A DNA stretch of 64,000 nt from contig CM039005.1 of assembly GCA_017499595.2 (NCBI GenBank), positions 1,860,001 to 1,924,000 on the forward strand, written 5' to 3'. Shown here one piece after another: positions 1-12,407 of this stretch (positions within the stretch are counted from its first letter, which is position 1; the number at the start of each line of letters is the position of its first letter). The position numbers and the translations under genes are program-made. The notes beneath the pieces were generated by a model that was not told where the DNA came from, ran no database searches, and worked only from the letters and a program-made list of their open reading frames with translations. The stretch comes from Psilocybe cubensis (Eukaryota).

Positions 1-1907
1 AACATAATCGCCCTTGGGCACAACATACACCGCATCACCACCATCACCATCACCTTTATCACCTTCATCCACACGTCTTTTCACCCCCGAACCATGAAGA
101 TGCGGCGCCGCCAGAGTACGCGGTACAACCACATCTTCCCGGACATACCGAATGATACTATGGATCGGCGGATGCAAGCGCAGCGTCTCGCGGATGACCG
201 CGTTCAAGAGCGGCAGCTCCTTCACCTCCTCGTACGTCATCGCACGCAGCCCCGGGCGCCTGCCCCCGTCCGACGGCGACGCTGTATATGATTCTGTAAA
301 ATGCTCCACTTGTTCTTGATATAGCGCCTCCCTATAATTACATACAACAAAACGGAACGACCAATCAGTATTTCGCATCGGCAGGGTATAAATAATCACA
401 ACTGAGGTAAAATATCATGACTGAAAGATAAGCATCTATCATTTCAGATGGGCCGCCACGCCACAAAAGAACGCTAGGCCGTAGACGTGGGTGATGATTG
501 ATACTCAGTGATGGACACCTACCCGATCTGGGGGTTGTTGGCGATGTGGATAAGCGCCCAGGAGCCAGTGGATGAGCTGGTATGCTGGCCAGCCATGAGC
601 ATCGCGATCATCAAATGCGCTACTTCGTGGTCCTCGAGGTGCCGGCCGTTACGGTATGTCTGTTTCATGAGCGCCGCAATCATATCATGTTCATGTTCGT
701 TTTCATGCTAAGCCAGTTCGAGATACATGCCAATTCCATCAGAATGCACTCAGAGCCTCAGAAGATGAAAATAACGTACATCACTTTCATGATTTTTATC
801 ACCCACGTCCAATAACCTCCTCCTACGGCGCTGTACTATGTCCACATAAAACGCACTCATCTTCCTGTGTGCTCTGTCTCGGCGTGAATAACTCGGCAAC
901 GGGAGGTTTGGACAAATAAAATTGAGTGGGGTGAACCCTTCATCGAGGTCGCTGTAAAGCTGCGCATACGACGCGTCGAGGCCCGCGCGGACCTCCGCGC
1001 CCTGCAGCGTGCGGGACGCAGCAAGTATCGTGAGCTGTTGCATCAACCGCAGTGCGTCAAAGGTCCTCCATTGAGTACCATGGGTGTCGTCGATCGCTGT
1101 GGCACTGGCATCCGTAGACGCAGGAGCCCCGCCGAACGTCGCATCGTGCGCGAGAAAAGCGTGGACCTCGTCCTCGATCATCCCGACGTATCTGCGGAGG
1201 TTGGATATTGAGAATCCGACCTTGCAGAATTTCTTCTGCTGCATGAATACATCATTGGGGACATCGTATACCACGCCCTTGCCGAACACAGGGGTGGTCA
1301 AGTGCTATAATTCCACGAAACATCTGGGTTAATTTATGCCCACAGAAAATTTGATATGGTCACATACGGTATATGCGTCTTCTGCGTTGAGCTGGTGAGA
1401 TTTGCCGCCTAGTATAAAGTTGTTACCCTTTGTCCCTAGGGCCACCGTCATCCGACGGCCAAGAAGGACAAATGTGAATATGTCTCCGTGCTGATTTGAC
1501 GAAAGAATGTTTAGTGACAATATAACAGTGAAGGCAATTAATTAAGCGAATTAATACCTTTTGTTGGCAATCCAGTAAGAACTTTACTGGGTCATTTCCG
1601 TAGGCTATTGCAGAGCCAATGAAGGGGACCCAGTGGAAGACTACGGGCGGGTCTGTAGACCTCCGGGGCAGAATCTAAAAGACGCAGTGATAAAATTCAA
1701 CGCATATATCTACCATTAGCTATGTCCACGTACAAGTTGGCGGACAACATTGAGGACAATGGCGACTAATGGGAGGCAGAATAAAAGCAGCAGCAAAGAA
1801 CGTATATCGGTCCAGCGTTGAGGAGCAAGTTGTGTGGTACGGTGTGTTGGGACTACATCGTCAAAGCGTTGAAACGATGTGTTCAAGTGGGACTTCAAAG
1901 AAGACAT
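1..1907 (-). CDS. cyp51: Sterol 14-alpha-demethylase (CYP51) family P450, multi-exon, 3' end outside the window
   Basis: Exons encode an N-terminal TM anchor, HGDIFTFVLLGRRMTVALG, AEDAY-HLTTPVFGKGVVYDVPN, the CYP51 I-helix signature LMAGQHTS and RETLRLHPPIHSI. ATG at 1907 is the most plausible start. Confidence 0.93.
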
Positions 1908-2196
1908 GAGGGAACGCAATTTGCAAACTTGAAACATACTGCACCTAATGTGAACTTTTTGAGTGGGAAATCCACCCATTCTACTTCTGTATTAACACAT
2001 TGTAACCCTCTGCTACCAGCGCCACTTGTCCAGTATCATTTTCCATCAACTTCTTATCTATCAGAAAGATGGAAAAAGAGGTTCAATACGCCAATTTGTT
2101 GTGCCGAACAATCTGACGATAGTGACTTGTGAGGTGTCGTCTTTCATATCCGCGCGCTGACGCTATAATCGCCTCCGATCAACACAACCATAAAAA

Positions 2197-2350
2197 GACA
2201 CCCGAGTCCTCGTGAATGGAGAGATTGTGTTCGAAAAGTATCAGCCTGTCATGGAGAGATAGTGGCACAGCCAACAACGGACACCCGAGTCCTCGTGGAT
2301 GCAAAGATGGAGAGATCGTGTTCAAGGAATAACAGCTTGTCATGGCGAGA
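2197..2350. repeat. Degenerate direct duplication, period 83 bp, upstream of cyp51
   Basis: GACACCCGAGTCCTCGTG occurs at 2197 and 2280. Each is followed by a similar ATGGAGAGAT(T/C)GTGTTC...CAGC(C/T)TGTCATGG(A/C)GAGA. Confidence 0.8.
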
Positions 2351-3241
2351 CAACATCTCAGTTGAGAGTGTGTTCTTCGCTCTCTTTAGGGGCTCTGATA
2401 TACGCACGTCCGGAAAACAAAGATAGGGCGGAATTCGCGCAGCGCATCGAAGGTCACAGGAATCTACTTCGTGTGTTGAAAATGTTGAGTACTGCTTGCG
2501 AATTGCGGCTACAACGCGAGAAAAGCTGTGGTTACTTTAGAATCAGATTGGAAGAGTATCAACAGCTACGTACCTTATGGAATCACCCTATTTTCCGGCG
2601 CCCATTGTTGATTGTGTGACTATGAATGTTCAAAACATGGAAGGCCTGCGCGCATTGGGTCCGCTCTGCCTACGTTCTATCTCCCAAGGATAAAAAACAC
2701 CGAGATGTTATTGGAAGATGAAGTTGGTGTTTCACGGTAGTTCACAGGTGGCTCACCGGGACATGACGCGATGGCTATTAGCTACAAGCGGGCTTATACA
2801 GGTTAAGTAAGTCGAGAACGAGAAGTTGAGTCAGCGTGGGAACATCACTCCTCAGTGCCGATCCCTCCGATCAAAAAGCTGCTGTGAAGCAAGGCAAATG
2901 CCGACGTTCTTTGGACTTCGTGAAAATATATGAAAATTATGAAAAAATTCATCTTTCCAACTTCTGCTACTTTGTCCCTCTTGTTAAACAAGTGAAAAAA
3001 TTCCACACAATTTTCTGAAACATAAGCCCCTTTGTTGAACTTCCCATGTCTTCACACCATGCTTATTTATGGAAGTGACTTTAAGGTGAGAAGCACCATA
3101 TTAAGACAGACCTTGCGTTAAGAAGTTTTTTCTATGCTCTATTTATCACTCATGACATATCGCGCAACCAGAACATATTCATAAATAAACCATATATTTA
3201 GAAACTACTTCCAGGAAAAGAGTTGACTCGAATCAAATAAT

Positions 3242-4563
3242 CTACCCCTTGATGATACCTGATTTCTTCTCTTTAACGCTGGGCTCTGAGAACTCCAGAT
3301 GGGATTCCAAAGGTGCGATTTCAATTTTGCTTTGGGGATCCATTCCCTTCATTTCGATATGGCCATCATCAGCGGTATACCCCGCTCCTCGAGTGGAATT
3401 TGTGAAGGTCTCCGACTGGTTCAGGCGGATGTGTCGAGCAAACCGCGGCGCAGTGGATCCACCATAAGACTTGCTGCTGATATCCGACGAGTTCTGATCC
3501 GTCCAGTGGGAGGTTGACGCCCACACCGTTGCCAACAAAACGCCGACGATTTCAACGTAGTCGTTCGTGAGAAAGATGTAGCTGCCTTTAAGGAAGTTGG
3601 GATCACGGAACAGCATGATAAGCTGGATGATGCTCAAAATTACTGGGAAAACGAAGTTGGAGACAGAGATCCAGAATAGTGCTTTGATTCTTGATGCGTA
3701 TGATTCTGGCGAAAATTATTGGACAGAATCAGAATTGGGAGCGTGGACAAAAAGTGTGGTATACTCACGACGACTATTTCCAGTTGCTACTTCCCGACCC
3801 GGAGCTTCCAGGCCAGATTTCAGGCGAAGAATGAACAAAAGTGATGTTGCCCTGTAATTTTTTCAACAATGTGCCAGCTAAGAATTGACAGCTTTTTCAC
3901 GTACGTATTGTCCACGACCTGCAGCACCCACTCGATTTTTGTGCCCGGATGAGAATCCCATGACCTCTGAGCCACGCTGATAGGATCTGCAGATCCAGGG
4001 TTCCGAACAAGTTGAACGTATTCAACCGCATATACGGTGTTGTTGACAAATCGTGCAATTTTGAGCAATATCAAGGGAATGAATATTGCAAACCATGTTC
4101 GCTTTGGGGTCCGTGCATATGGATAAACGGCAAGGAGGCGCACGACCAGTATGAGTTCAACAAGCCATGGTGTAAATGTTATGACCACAGTGAACACCAG
4201 GGCAGTATCAGGGTTAAGCGGACGCAAGGGCGTTAAAATTGCGTGGATCTATGTCGTAAAATGGATTAAAAGTACTATTATCATCAAAGTAAATAAATGG
4301 CTTACTTCGAGGACTGCGTTAAAGATACTCATGAATAATCCTAATGTAATGGAAAATACATTTAGGATAAAAATTGGTCTTCGTCGGGTGGTCTTGCTAG
4401 AAAAGAAGAACAGCGCAACAAGGAGAGGCAGGAGAATCCCGCCCCAAACTGTACCGATCATAAGAAACGTGAGCGATGGCTGGATCGCAGCAATATAGTT
4501 CAGGCCAACAGGTGGAGGCGGGAACACATTTGGGGCACTGTCGACAGTCGAATTTGCGTCCAT
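3242..4563 (-). CDS. Integral membrane protein with about 7 TM helices, GPCR-like, multi-exon
   Basis: ORFs 4249-4563, 3820-4227 and 3242-3637 join through GT-AG introns. They give successive hydrophobic helices and a polar C-terminal tail. Confidence 0.75.
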
Positions 4564-5444
4564 CTCGAGGGATTTCTGGGATGACGATACGATTAGTGTA
4601 AATTAACGCGCCCATTTAAAGTTCCTTCATTTGAAGGTATAGACGGTTTGTCGGAGTCCAGTTTGATACCCCTTATTCACTATCGTGATGTTCACCGACT
4701 CGGACCATCAAACCACCTCTGGAGATTGCATGAGAGAAATGATCTGGTCAAGGCTCTGCTGCAATATGCAGACGTCACAACTAGCGAGGGTATCTCAGTG
4801 TACTCGGGGTAGAGCTTCCTTGTTTTGTCCCTTCCATGGCGGAAAATATCACAAGGCTCTAATGCGGCCAGTTGTAATAACAAAAGATCTTATCTGTCGG
4901 ATAAAATTAGCTAATAGAAGCATAGAAAAGACATCAGATGGAGTTTGATTCAAGCCGTTGGAGACAGTCAGGTACCTCGCTATCACCGTATTTCTAAATG
5001 TGTTGTCGTGAAACCCTGCGCGAAAAAAATGGCCATCGATGTCTGTCGCAATTGATATTTTGGGTGACCTTCGGAAAAAATATGATCTTGTCTCGCACGC
5101 AAACTTACTGACGTCCCAAACTTTGTCAAAATTCAATCAAACCCTTTAGAACCTCTTCTTATGACCCTATTCTACGCTCTTCAGCATGTGGTTCTCCACA
5201 ACACGAGAAACCATCAAGTTCTTTGTATTTTAAAACATAAAGGTCAATTCATTTCAAAGACTATGAAGTGCCGCTGGTATTCAGTTTATCATATATTTTC
5301 TTTCACGAATCGAAATCTGTAACGAATTATTGTTAAATTTTGATGATTAAATCGATTTCCTGGCGCGAGGTGGCACCAAAGCACTCAAGTGCCTTTCAAA
5401 GACGCGTACAAAATATTTGTTCATTGAATACTAGTTCAAAAAAT

Positions 5445-7116
5445 TTAGGAAGCTACACGACGTCTAAGAGTTATGTCTGCCTCGTATTTAGGAAGGGGTA
5501 GTTGAAGGAAACTGTTTGGGAGAATTTCCAAAGCAGAGGTAACGCCCTTTTCAAACTTGACTTCGACGTCGTACATAGCTAGGCAGAGTACCACAAACAT
5601 CCGGGTTGTTGTCTTGGCCAAAAATTCTCCGGAGCACTTTAAGGGCAATTAATACGTGCGCTAGGTTTGACTACAAATGTCACTTACAATGTGGGGGCCT
5701 GCGCTGAACGCAAGTGAGCGGCTAGGAGCCTGCTCTTGGGTATAACGATCGGGCTTGAATCGATAAGCGTCATCGAAATAGTCTTCACTGTGGTGGTATC
5801 CCTGGGTATCGGCTAAGATATAATCCCCTTTAGAGATGGGGATGACACGCCCATCATCCTCCAAAAGTACAGTATCCACAGAAGCTCGACGGAGTAGAAC
5901 AGTCTGGGTCAAGAGACGAATTACTTCGTTGACTGTTGAGCTAAGGAGGGGGAAATCAGCGCCAAGTGTACGTGGATCTAACTGCGTCAATTGGTCGGCT
6001 TGGAGGTATTTCTTTGCCATTACTTGACGGATCTCCTCCTGTATGGAGGCATACACATCGGAATACACTATGATGTAGCGCATGACCCAGTTGATGAGAC
6101 GAGCGATGTTTCCAGCGGTGCCCCAAAGTAGGTAATTGATGACTCGGGCGATTTCTTCCTCCGTCGCGGGAGAATCTTTGAGTTTCTGAGCCACAACTGA
6201 CATTATTTCTGAGGCTCCATGGATGTATCCTCCGTCGTCGGAATCCACCCAGTTCTGTCGCACGTATTCGGACACTGTTTCTAACACATCCTCCCGTCCT
6301 CGGATGGCACCACGAGACAAGAAAGGAAGTCGACGGATGATATTATGGACTCCGCTATCGTACGCCCTCCAGCTGTTGTATGTTTTTGGCTTGGTGTTAA
6401 ACTGCGTTCCCATGAACATGCCGTATACAGCAAAGTGGTTGATGCGAAAAACGAAATCATCTAGACTCTGAGCAGAATGATTTTCGTCGGCAGTGATCCT
6501 AAGAAAATTCTGGGCAACGATGTTGTTGTAAGCGTATACAAGAGGTTGGGAATGAGCAGGATTGAATAGAGCATGTGAAGCCTTGAAAAAGTCGAGGATA
6601 GCTGGCCAAATTTTTGGCATACGCGCTGTGTCAATTCCCGAAATGACATGAAGATTCAGGTAGTCCACTATCTCGAAATCTGTGGCCTTATGAGAGAGCA
6701 TGGTCAAGATGGCCTTCGGAGATGTGATGACCAGGATTGTACGGCCAGTAGCATGAATTCTATAGGCAGAACCGTATTGTTGCCTTAATGAATGTTTAAA
6801 TGTCGAAGACAATTAATTAGCGACCGTCAGGAACAAGTCAAATGACGTACCTGCACTCGCGTAGAAAATTGGTGGGCGCACGGACAAAATCGAGTGCGCT
6901 TCCAATCCATGGAAGGGAGCTGTTGATGACGGGGATAGTCGTCGTAGCACTCTTGGACCAAATTCGTCGATAGAAGACATAACCAATGCCGAATAACACA
7001 ATTGTTGTAGCGAAAGTAGATTCCATCCAGTTGTCCTTGGCAAAAATCCATTTGGACTGCTCGTGGTCGAAAGTGAAATAGAATGCGGACGAGTTGGCGG
7101 GGGTGAGTGAATTCAT
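5445..7116 (-). CDS. Cytochrome P450, CYP7/CYP8-like group, 3 exons
   Basis: TM anchor and LPWIGSALDF, ExxR (EVIRL), PERF-like FKPDRY, and heme motif FSAGPHI|CSGEFLA split by an intron. The I-helix reads LWGTAGNI. Confidence 0.9.
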
Positions 7117-8218
7117 GGTTCTGGAGAAGAAACAAAACGGAGTCTTCGTGATGTTCAACTTATATGTAAACGCTCATCCACTGAGCGCTCGATCAAATTT
7201 GAGCATCCAACTCAACTCAGCTTGATTCAAGATCAGGAAATCGATGCGATACCAACGCCTGTAAATGGTAAGGACCTGACTAAAGCCTTCGACATCGCCC
7301 TTGGGATGGAATGAATCTGTGCTGCACATTGTCATTTTTCTATTTTGGGTATCTGAATACGAGAATAGCGAACCTAGGCGTGCATCGGTAAGTTGGGATT
7401 CGATGGCTTCCAAGAATGACCATGATTGTCCACAGAGTTTAAACTGAGCCGTGATCTCACCATGCCGGTGTTATTTGAGAGATTGTTTCAACGCCATCTA
7501 CAGTGGGAAAACATGGGAAAGAGCCTATAGTGGGCGTGATATAGATCATATGCAGTGAAGCGCAGGTGACTTGTGAAGATAGAACAATCAAAGAACGATA
7601 AACTCATCTCAGCATAAAAACACCATATTAAGCCTGTATTTTTCGCAGACAGCGCAGTAATCAATCTAAGAATATGAGATCAAGGCTCAGTAACAACTTC
7701 ATAAAAAGTAGCAAGCGCACTCGTTGAGCATGAATTAGTTGTATGATAGTCTATCCGGAACCAAACCTTTGCCATATGTCATTGTGGTCGTGTCCTTATC
7801 ACTCCGACCGAGATGCCCCAAATCAGTAAAGTGACAATGAGTAACAATCACATAGGCTTTCTCTGTGACCAATCCGTGACCGGACATTTCTCTGCGTTAC
7901 CCGTCCTTCACGCAACCTTCACGCTTCTATTCCTTCCATTTCACACACTGTATGAACCCAGCGACCGTTCAAGGTCCATACCACTTCTTATGAACAGAAA
8001 TAGCCATTCGAGAGTTCCGAGGTACGCTCTTTCCGTGATAGACCTAGTTTTATGATGGCCTGTACACAACTGGTTTCTGATGACAATCTGATGTTGAACA
8101 GAATGGTTCTTCGGCGGCATCATGGCTGCCTGTCTATGTTGTCTCGACTACCATATATTAAAGCTCCCATCACTTTAAAGGAGTAATTGAGCGACACAAC
8201 CTGCCTTTGCTTTGAACA

Positions 8219-10279
8219 ATGTGGCCGTATAGCTCTTACCCAGAGTCAAAACCTCAAGAAGTCGCGAATCACACCTACGACTACATCATTGTAGGAGGTA
8301 GAGCCCCAAACCATCTTTCCTACAGAAATAGCCACTGACAACCTTTGCGCAGGCGGAACGGCAGGATGCTGTCTTGCAGCCCGTCTCACCGAAAATCCTA
8401 ACACATCAGTCCTAGTCATCGAACGTGGCCGCATTGGGGATACATGGCTCTCCAAGGTCCCACTTGTGTCAGCTAACTTGTATGCCAAGGATGCCTTCTG
8501 CGCGATATTCGACAGCGAGCCAGTAGCAAACGCCAATGCCCGCAAATTGGATACAATCATTGGTGAAGGCCTTGGAGGTGGCTCGCGAGTCAACTCCTGT
8601 GTCTACACGCGGGGCGTTGCCGATTACAATAAGTGGAAATCAATGGGTCACTCGGATTGGGGTTACGATGAGCTTGAACCCATATTTGCGAAGTCTGAGC
8701 ATACTTTGACCAAATCCGAATCTCGCTTTCGAGGAAAAAGCGGTGAGTAGACCACAATACTACTGTTCGAAAAACAATGATTATTAACATCAGAGCTTTA
8801 GGCCCTTGGATCAATCAGACCATCTATGATTTCCCTTTCAAATGCCACACATTGTAAGCACCTTACATGAACCGTATACGAAAAACACACGTTCATACGA
8901 CCGCATGGCCCTACAGCGTGTATCAAGCTGCTGAACGCCTAGGGCTGCCGCATATTTCAGATATTAACTCCCCCGACGAACCTGCTTATGGCATCGCTAC
9001 TATGGATATCACGACAAATGCTTCTGGTCAGCGCCAAAGTACAATGCATGCGTTCCTGCCACAGCATGTAGCTGCCTCCCGCAAGTCTCGACTATACATC
9101 TGCTCGAATACACTCGTCTCGAAGCTTGATATTACCACTGCGCCGGGTAAGAAGCCGCGAGTAACGGGAGTTTCTTTCCATCACGTCAAGAACCATTCTG
9201 GCCAAATTTTCCAAGCGGTCGCAACAAAAGAAGTTATTCTTTGCGCTGGAGCCATTGCCAATCCACAAATTCTGATGTTAAGGTATGTTGTACTACCTAA
9301 ACTGAGGTGGCTGGGTGTAGTAACACAATGTGTCTAGCGGGATCGGCCCCAAGGATCATCTTACGAAGTTCAACATTTCTGTGGTAAAAGATATGCCAGG
9401 TGTTGGAAGTTACCTTGTAGGTTTACCGAGGTATCTTATGGTTCATTACCAGATAACTAATACTTATATCTATAGGGTGACCATTGTGGCGTTCCTACTT
9501 CATGGGAGGTCCCAGTCGACGATTCACTGCACGTCCTTTACAACAAGCCAACGCGTGTGTTGCTGGATTTAATTCGCTATATCACATCAGGAAAAGGCCT
9601 ACTCTCTGTACCTTTCTTGCAATCGTCCATTTTCATCAAGACATCACTCTTGAACGAAAAATCCGAGCTCATTAAATCCGACAAGTCTCACCTAGACGCC
9701 CGACAGCCCAGCAATATTCCTGACATTGAAATCATGCCGAGTCACCACAGAGCCACAGCCAAGGCAGTCGATCCTGTCCTGGACAAGATTGGCATCTTCA
9801 CCTTGAACACAACGCTCGTCCAGCCGATGTCGCGCGGGTCTGTGCGCCTTGCATCCGCCAATCCCATGGATCGACCCCTCGTTGAACTAGGGTTCTTATC
9901 TCATGCTAAAGATTTGGTTACACTACGCAAAGGGTTGCGCCTTTCTTTGAAGCTTGCCAATCAAATGACAGTTGAAGGGTGCCCACTGAAACCCGTTGCC
10001 TCTCAGCTCCCGGATTCAGAAAGCGAGGAGAGCCTAGACAAATACATCCGCGAGAACATACGTAGTTGCTTGCATTATACCTCAACATGCAGAATGGCAC
10101 CTGAAGAAGACCCCACGAGTCCAGGGGTGGTTGATGATGAACTGAGGGTCCATGGTGTTGATGGACTTCGCATTGCTGATACCTCCATTTTTCCGGATAT
10201 TATCTCGACTCACACCATGGCCGTTGCAGTAGTTGTGGCAGAGAAATGCGCTTTGCTCATTCAAACTAAAAGTATGTAG
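8219..10279 (+). CDS. GMC oxidoreductase (aryl-alcohol oxidase/dehydrogenase-like), multi-exon
   Basis: FAD-binding YDYIIVG|GGTAGCCLAARL, GEGLGGGSRVN, EVILCAGAIANPQILML, SRGSVRL, catalytic HYTSTCRM, GVVDDELRVHGVDGLRIAD and STHTMA. Confidence 0.93.
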
Positions 10280-10593
10280 AAGTGTCATGGTTGCCCAGGG
10301 GCCACCTCCATTTATACTCGAGCGCTTCTTACAATTATACCGTTGTATCTACTATTATTGCTATGCATTCAAACAGTGGTCTCCATGATCCGTTACAATT
10401 TGGCACAGAGTCAAGGCTTGAATTGTCTGAAGCATGTATCACATAATTTGATTACCACCCGAACCATATGCTTCAACTTTCCAAGCGCGTCCATGCCGTG
10501 GTTTTGACTTCTAATAATGATTGCCATATCCATACAACAGTAACATATCATGGTAGAAAACACTTCGAAAAAAGATTTTTTCCAATATTTAGC

Positions 10594-12221
10594 CTACAGT
10601 TTTGCAGATGGCACGACTAGCTTTCTAGCCTCCTGTCGTAGCACCCGCCTCAGTAATTTGCCGCTGGGGGTCTTCGGAATAGAATCGATAATTTCGACGT
10701 AATGCAGGCGCTTGAACGGTGCTTTGTTCTTCTCGATGTGCTATATGGAGGGCAGAAGAAACAAATGTTAATCGGCCAACGAAATAACTATGAGGGAATC
10801 ACAAACCCTTTGAATGGAGGCTTTCAGCTCCGCTTTATTCATTTGTTGTCCTTCATGAGAGATGGTGACAAATGCGAAAGGCACTTCACCATTGTAGAGG
10901 TGCGGGACGCCTACGACACAGACATCCGTAACCATAGGGTGATCCAAGATACAGCCTTCTAGTTCAACTGGAGCCACTTGGAATCCACGGACCTATAACT
11001 TTTGTTAAGCAGAACTACTAAGTAGGCTCTAGTGAGGTGATTACTTTGATCATTTCCTGTCGAAAGAGCGGAATGAGTGTGTTTCTTGAGGTCTCTTTGC
11101 ATTGACATGTCGCTCACCTTGATACGATCAACGACAACAATTTCGTTACTCCTGTCCATCTTAACTAAGTCTCCAGTTCTCATCCATCTATGACGATTGA
11201 CCATCAGTTTCAGCCACCTGTACGGTTCAAAGAGATACTGACGAGTCGCCTAGGAACGTCGCACGCGTCCTAAAAGTTCAAAGAGTATCATAAATGGAAC
11301 GATGTGGATGAGATACCCCATCAAGACGACATACGCTGCCTCATCATTGAGATAGCCCGTGGCAAGAGCTGGTGTCTTGACGTGTAATTCACCTTCTTCA
11401 TCGTATCCTGCCAGGGTACCATCGGGTTTGACTATCCGTGCGCGAACTCCGGGTACTAGTGCCCCACTCGAGTTAGGTCGCATGTGTTTGGGGTACAAGG
11501 GAGAAATCGAAATAATGCCCGATGTTTCTGTCGAACCTAATAGGTCATGTTTACATCAGGGATACCATGATTCTCAGGAAAGCAACAAACCGTATGCCTG
11601 GCAGATATGTGCCTGGGGAAGCAACTTGGTGAGCAAGCGATACACCTCAACTGTCATTCTATGAGTCTTGGTCCTGGTATGACTGAGTCCTGGCATACCT
11701 GTTAACGGCGCAGCACCACTGAGAACGGTTCGGACATGAGATTGGTCGTATTTGGCTACATTGGGTTCCTTTATTATCCTTGTGATTGAGCAATCATTTC
11801 CGATTTAAAGGTAACTTTTACAACGGAACGTACTTTTACAAGAAGGAGCAATTGAGGAGGAACAAGCATCAGGGTGGTGATCTTATATCTATCAATGGTG
11901 TCAAGTTGAACCTTGGTGCAACGATGACAGATATCTGTGTACACCTAATAGTTATTACTACGCTTTTCGTTGGGAGAAAGGCACTAACCGCAGCAAAGAA
12001 GTTGAGATGGAGCTAGAATGAAAGTCAGCAGACAGTCCGAAAGGCAACTGGTGTTAGAGATCGTACAACACAGAAAATCCCATATATATCTGTAGGTCAA
12101 GACATTTTAGCAAGATCATAGAGAATGGTTTATGGGCATAAACTGCCACCTACGAAAGAAAGGTAAAACAGCAAGACACCGATCCCCTGGAACAAACCTC
12201 GGAGATTTGGGTCCAACAATG
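10594..12221 (-). pseudogene. 3' part of a 4-coumarate-CoA-ligase-like acyl-CoA synthetase disrupted by a copia insertion
   Basis: LAVLPFF, SGAAPL, QAY-GSTE, GELHVK, WMRTGDL, VAPVELE and IPKTPSGKLLRR. Ends in -AKL* (PTS1-type peroxisomal signal) with TAG at 10594-10596. Confidence 0.9.
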
Positions 12222-12400
12222 TGTTGTAAGTAAAGTGCGCAGTGGTGGTAAAAGATGTAGATTCACGACGTAGCTACACGGTTGTACCTACAGTAACTAC
12301 GGAACCTTTAGTAGAATAATCTAGAAAATATGATAAGATAAACTACCAGAGAAAGATAACGACTTAGCGACGAAGTCGCTCGCCGACTATGATTCCAACA
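12222..12400 (-). repeat. 3' LTR of the copia element
   Basis: TGTTGTAAG...GATTCCAACA on the + strand, identical by eye to 30188-30366. The polypurine tract TAAGGGGGAG (minus strand) is adjacent at 12401-12410. Confidence 0.96.
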
Positions 12401-12407
12401 CTCCCCC

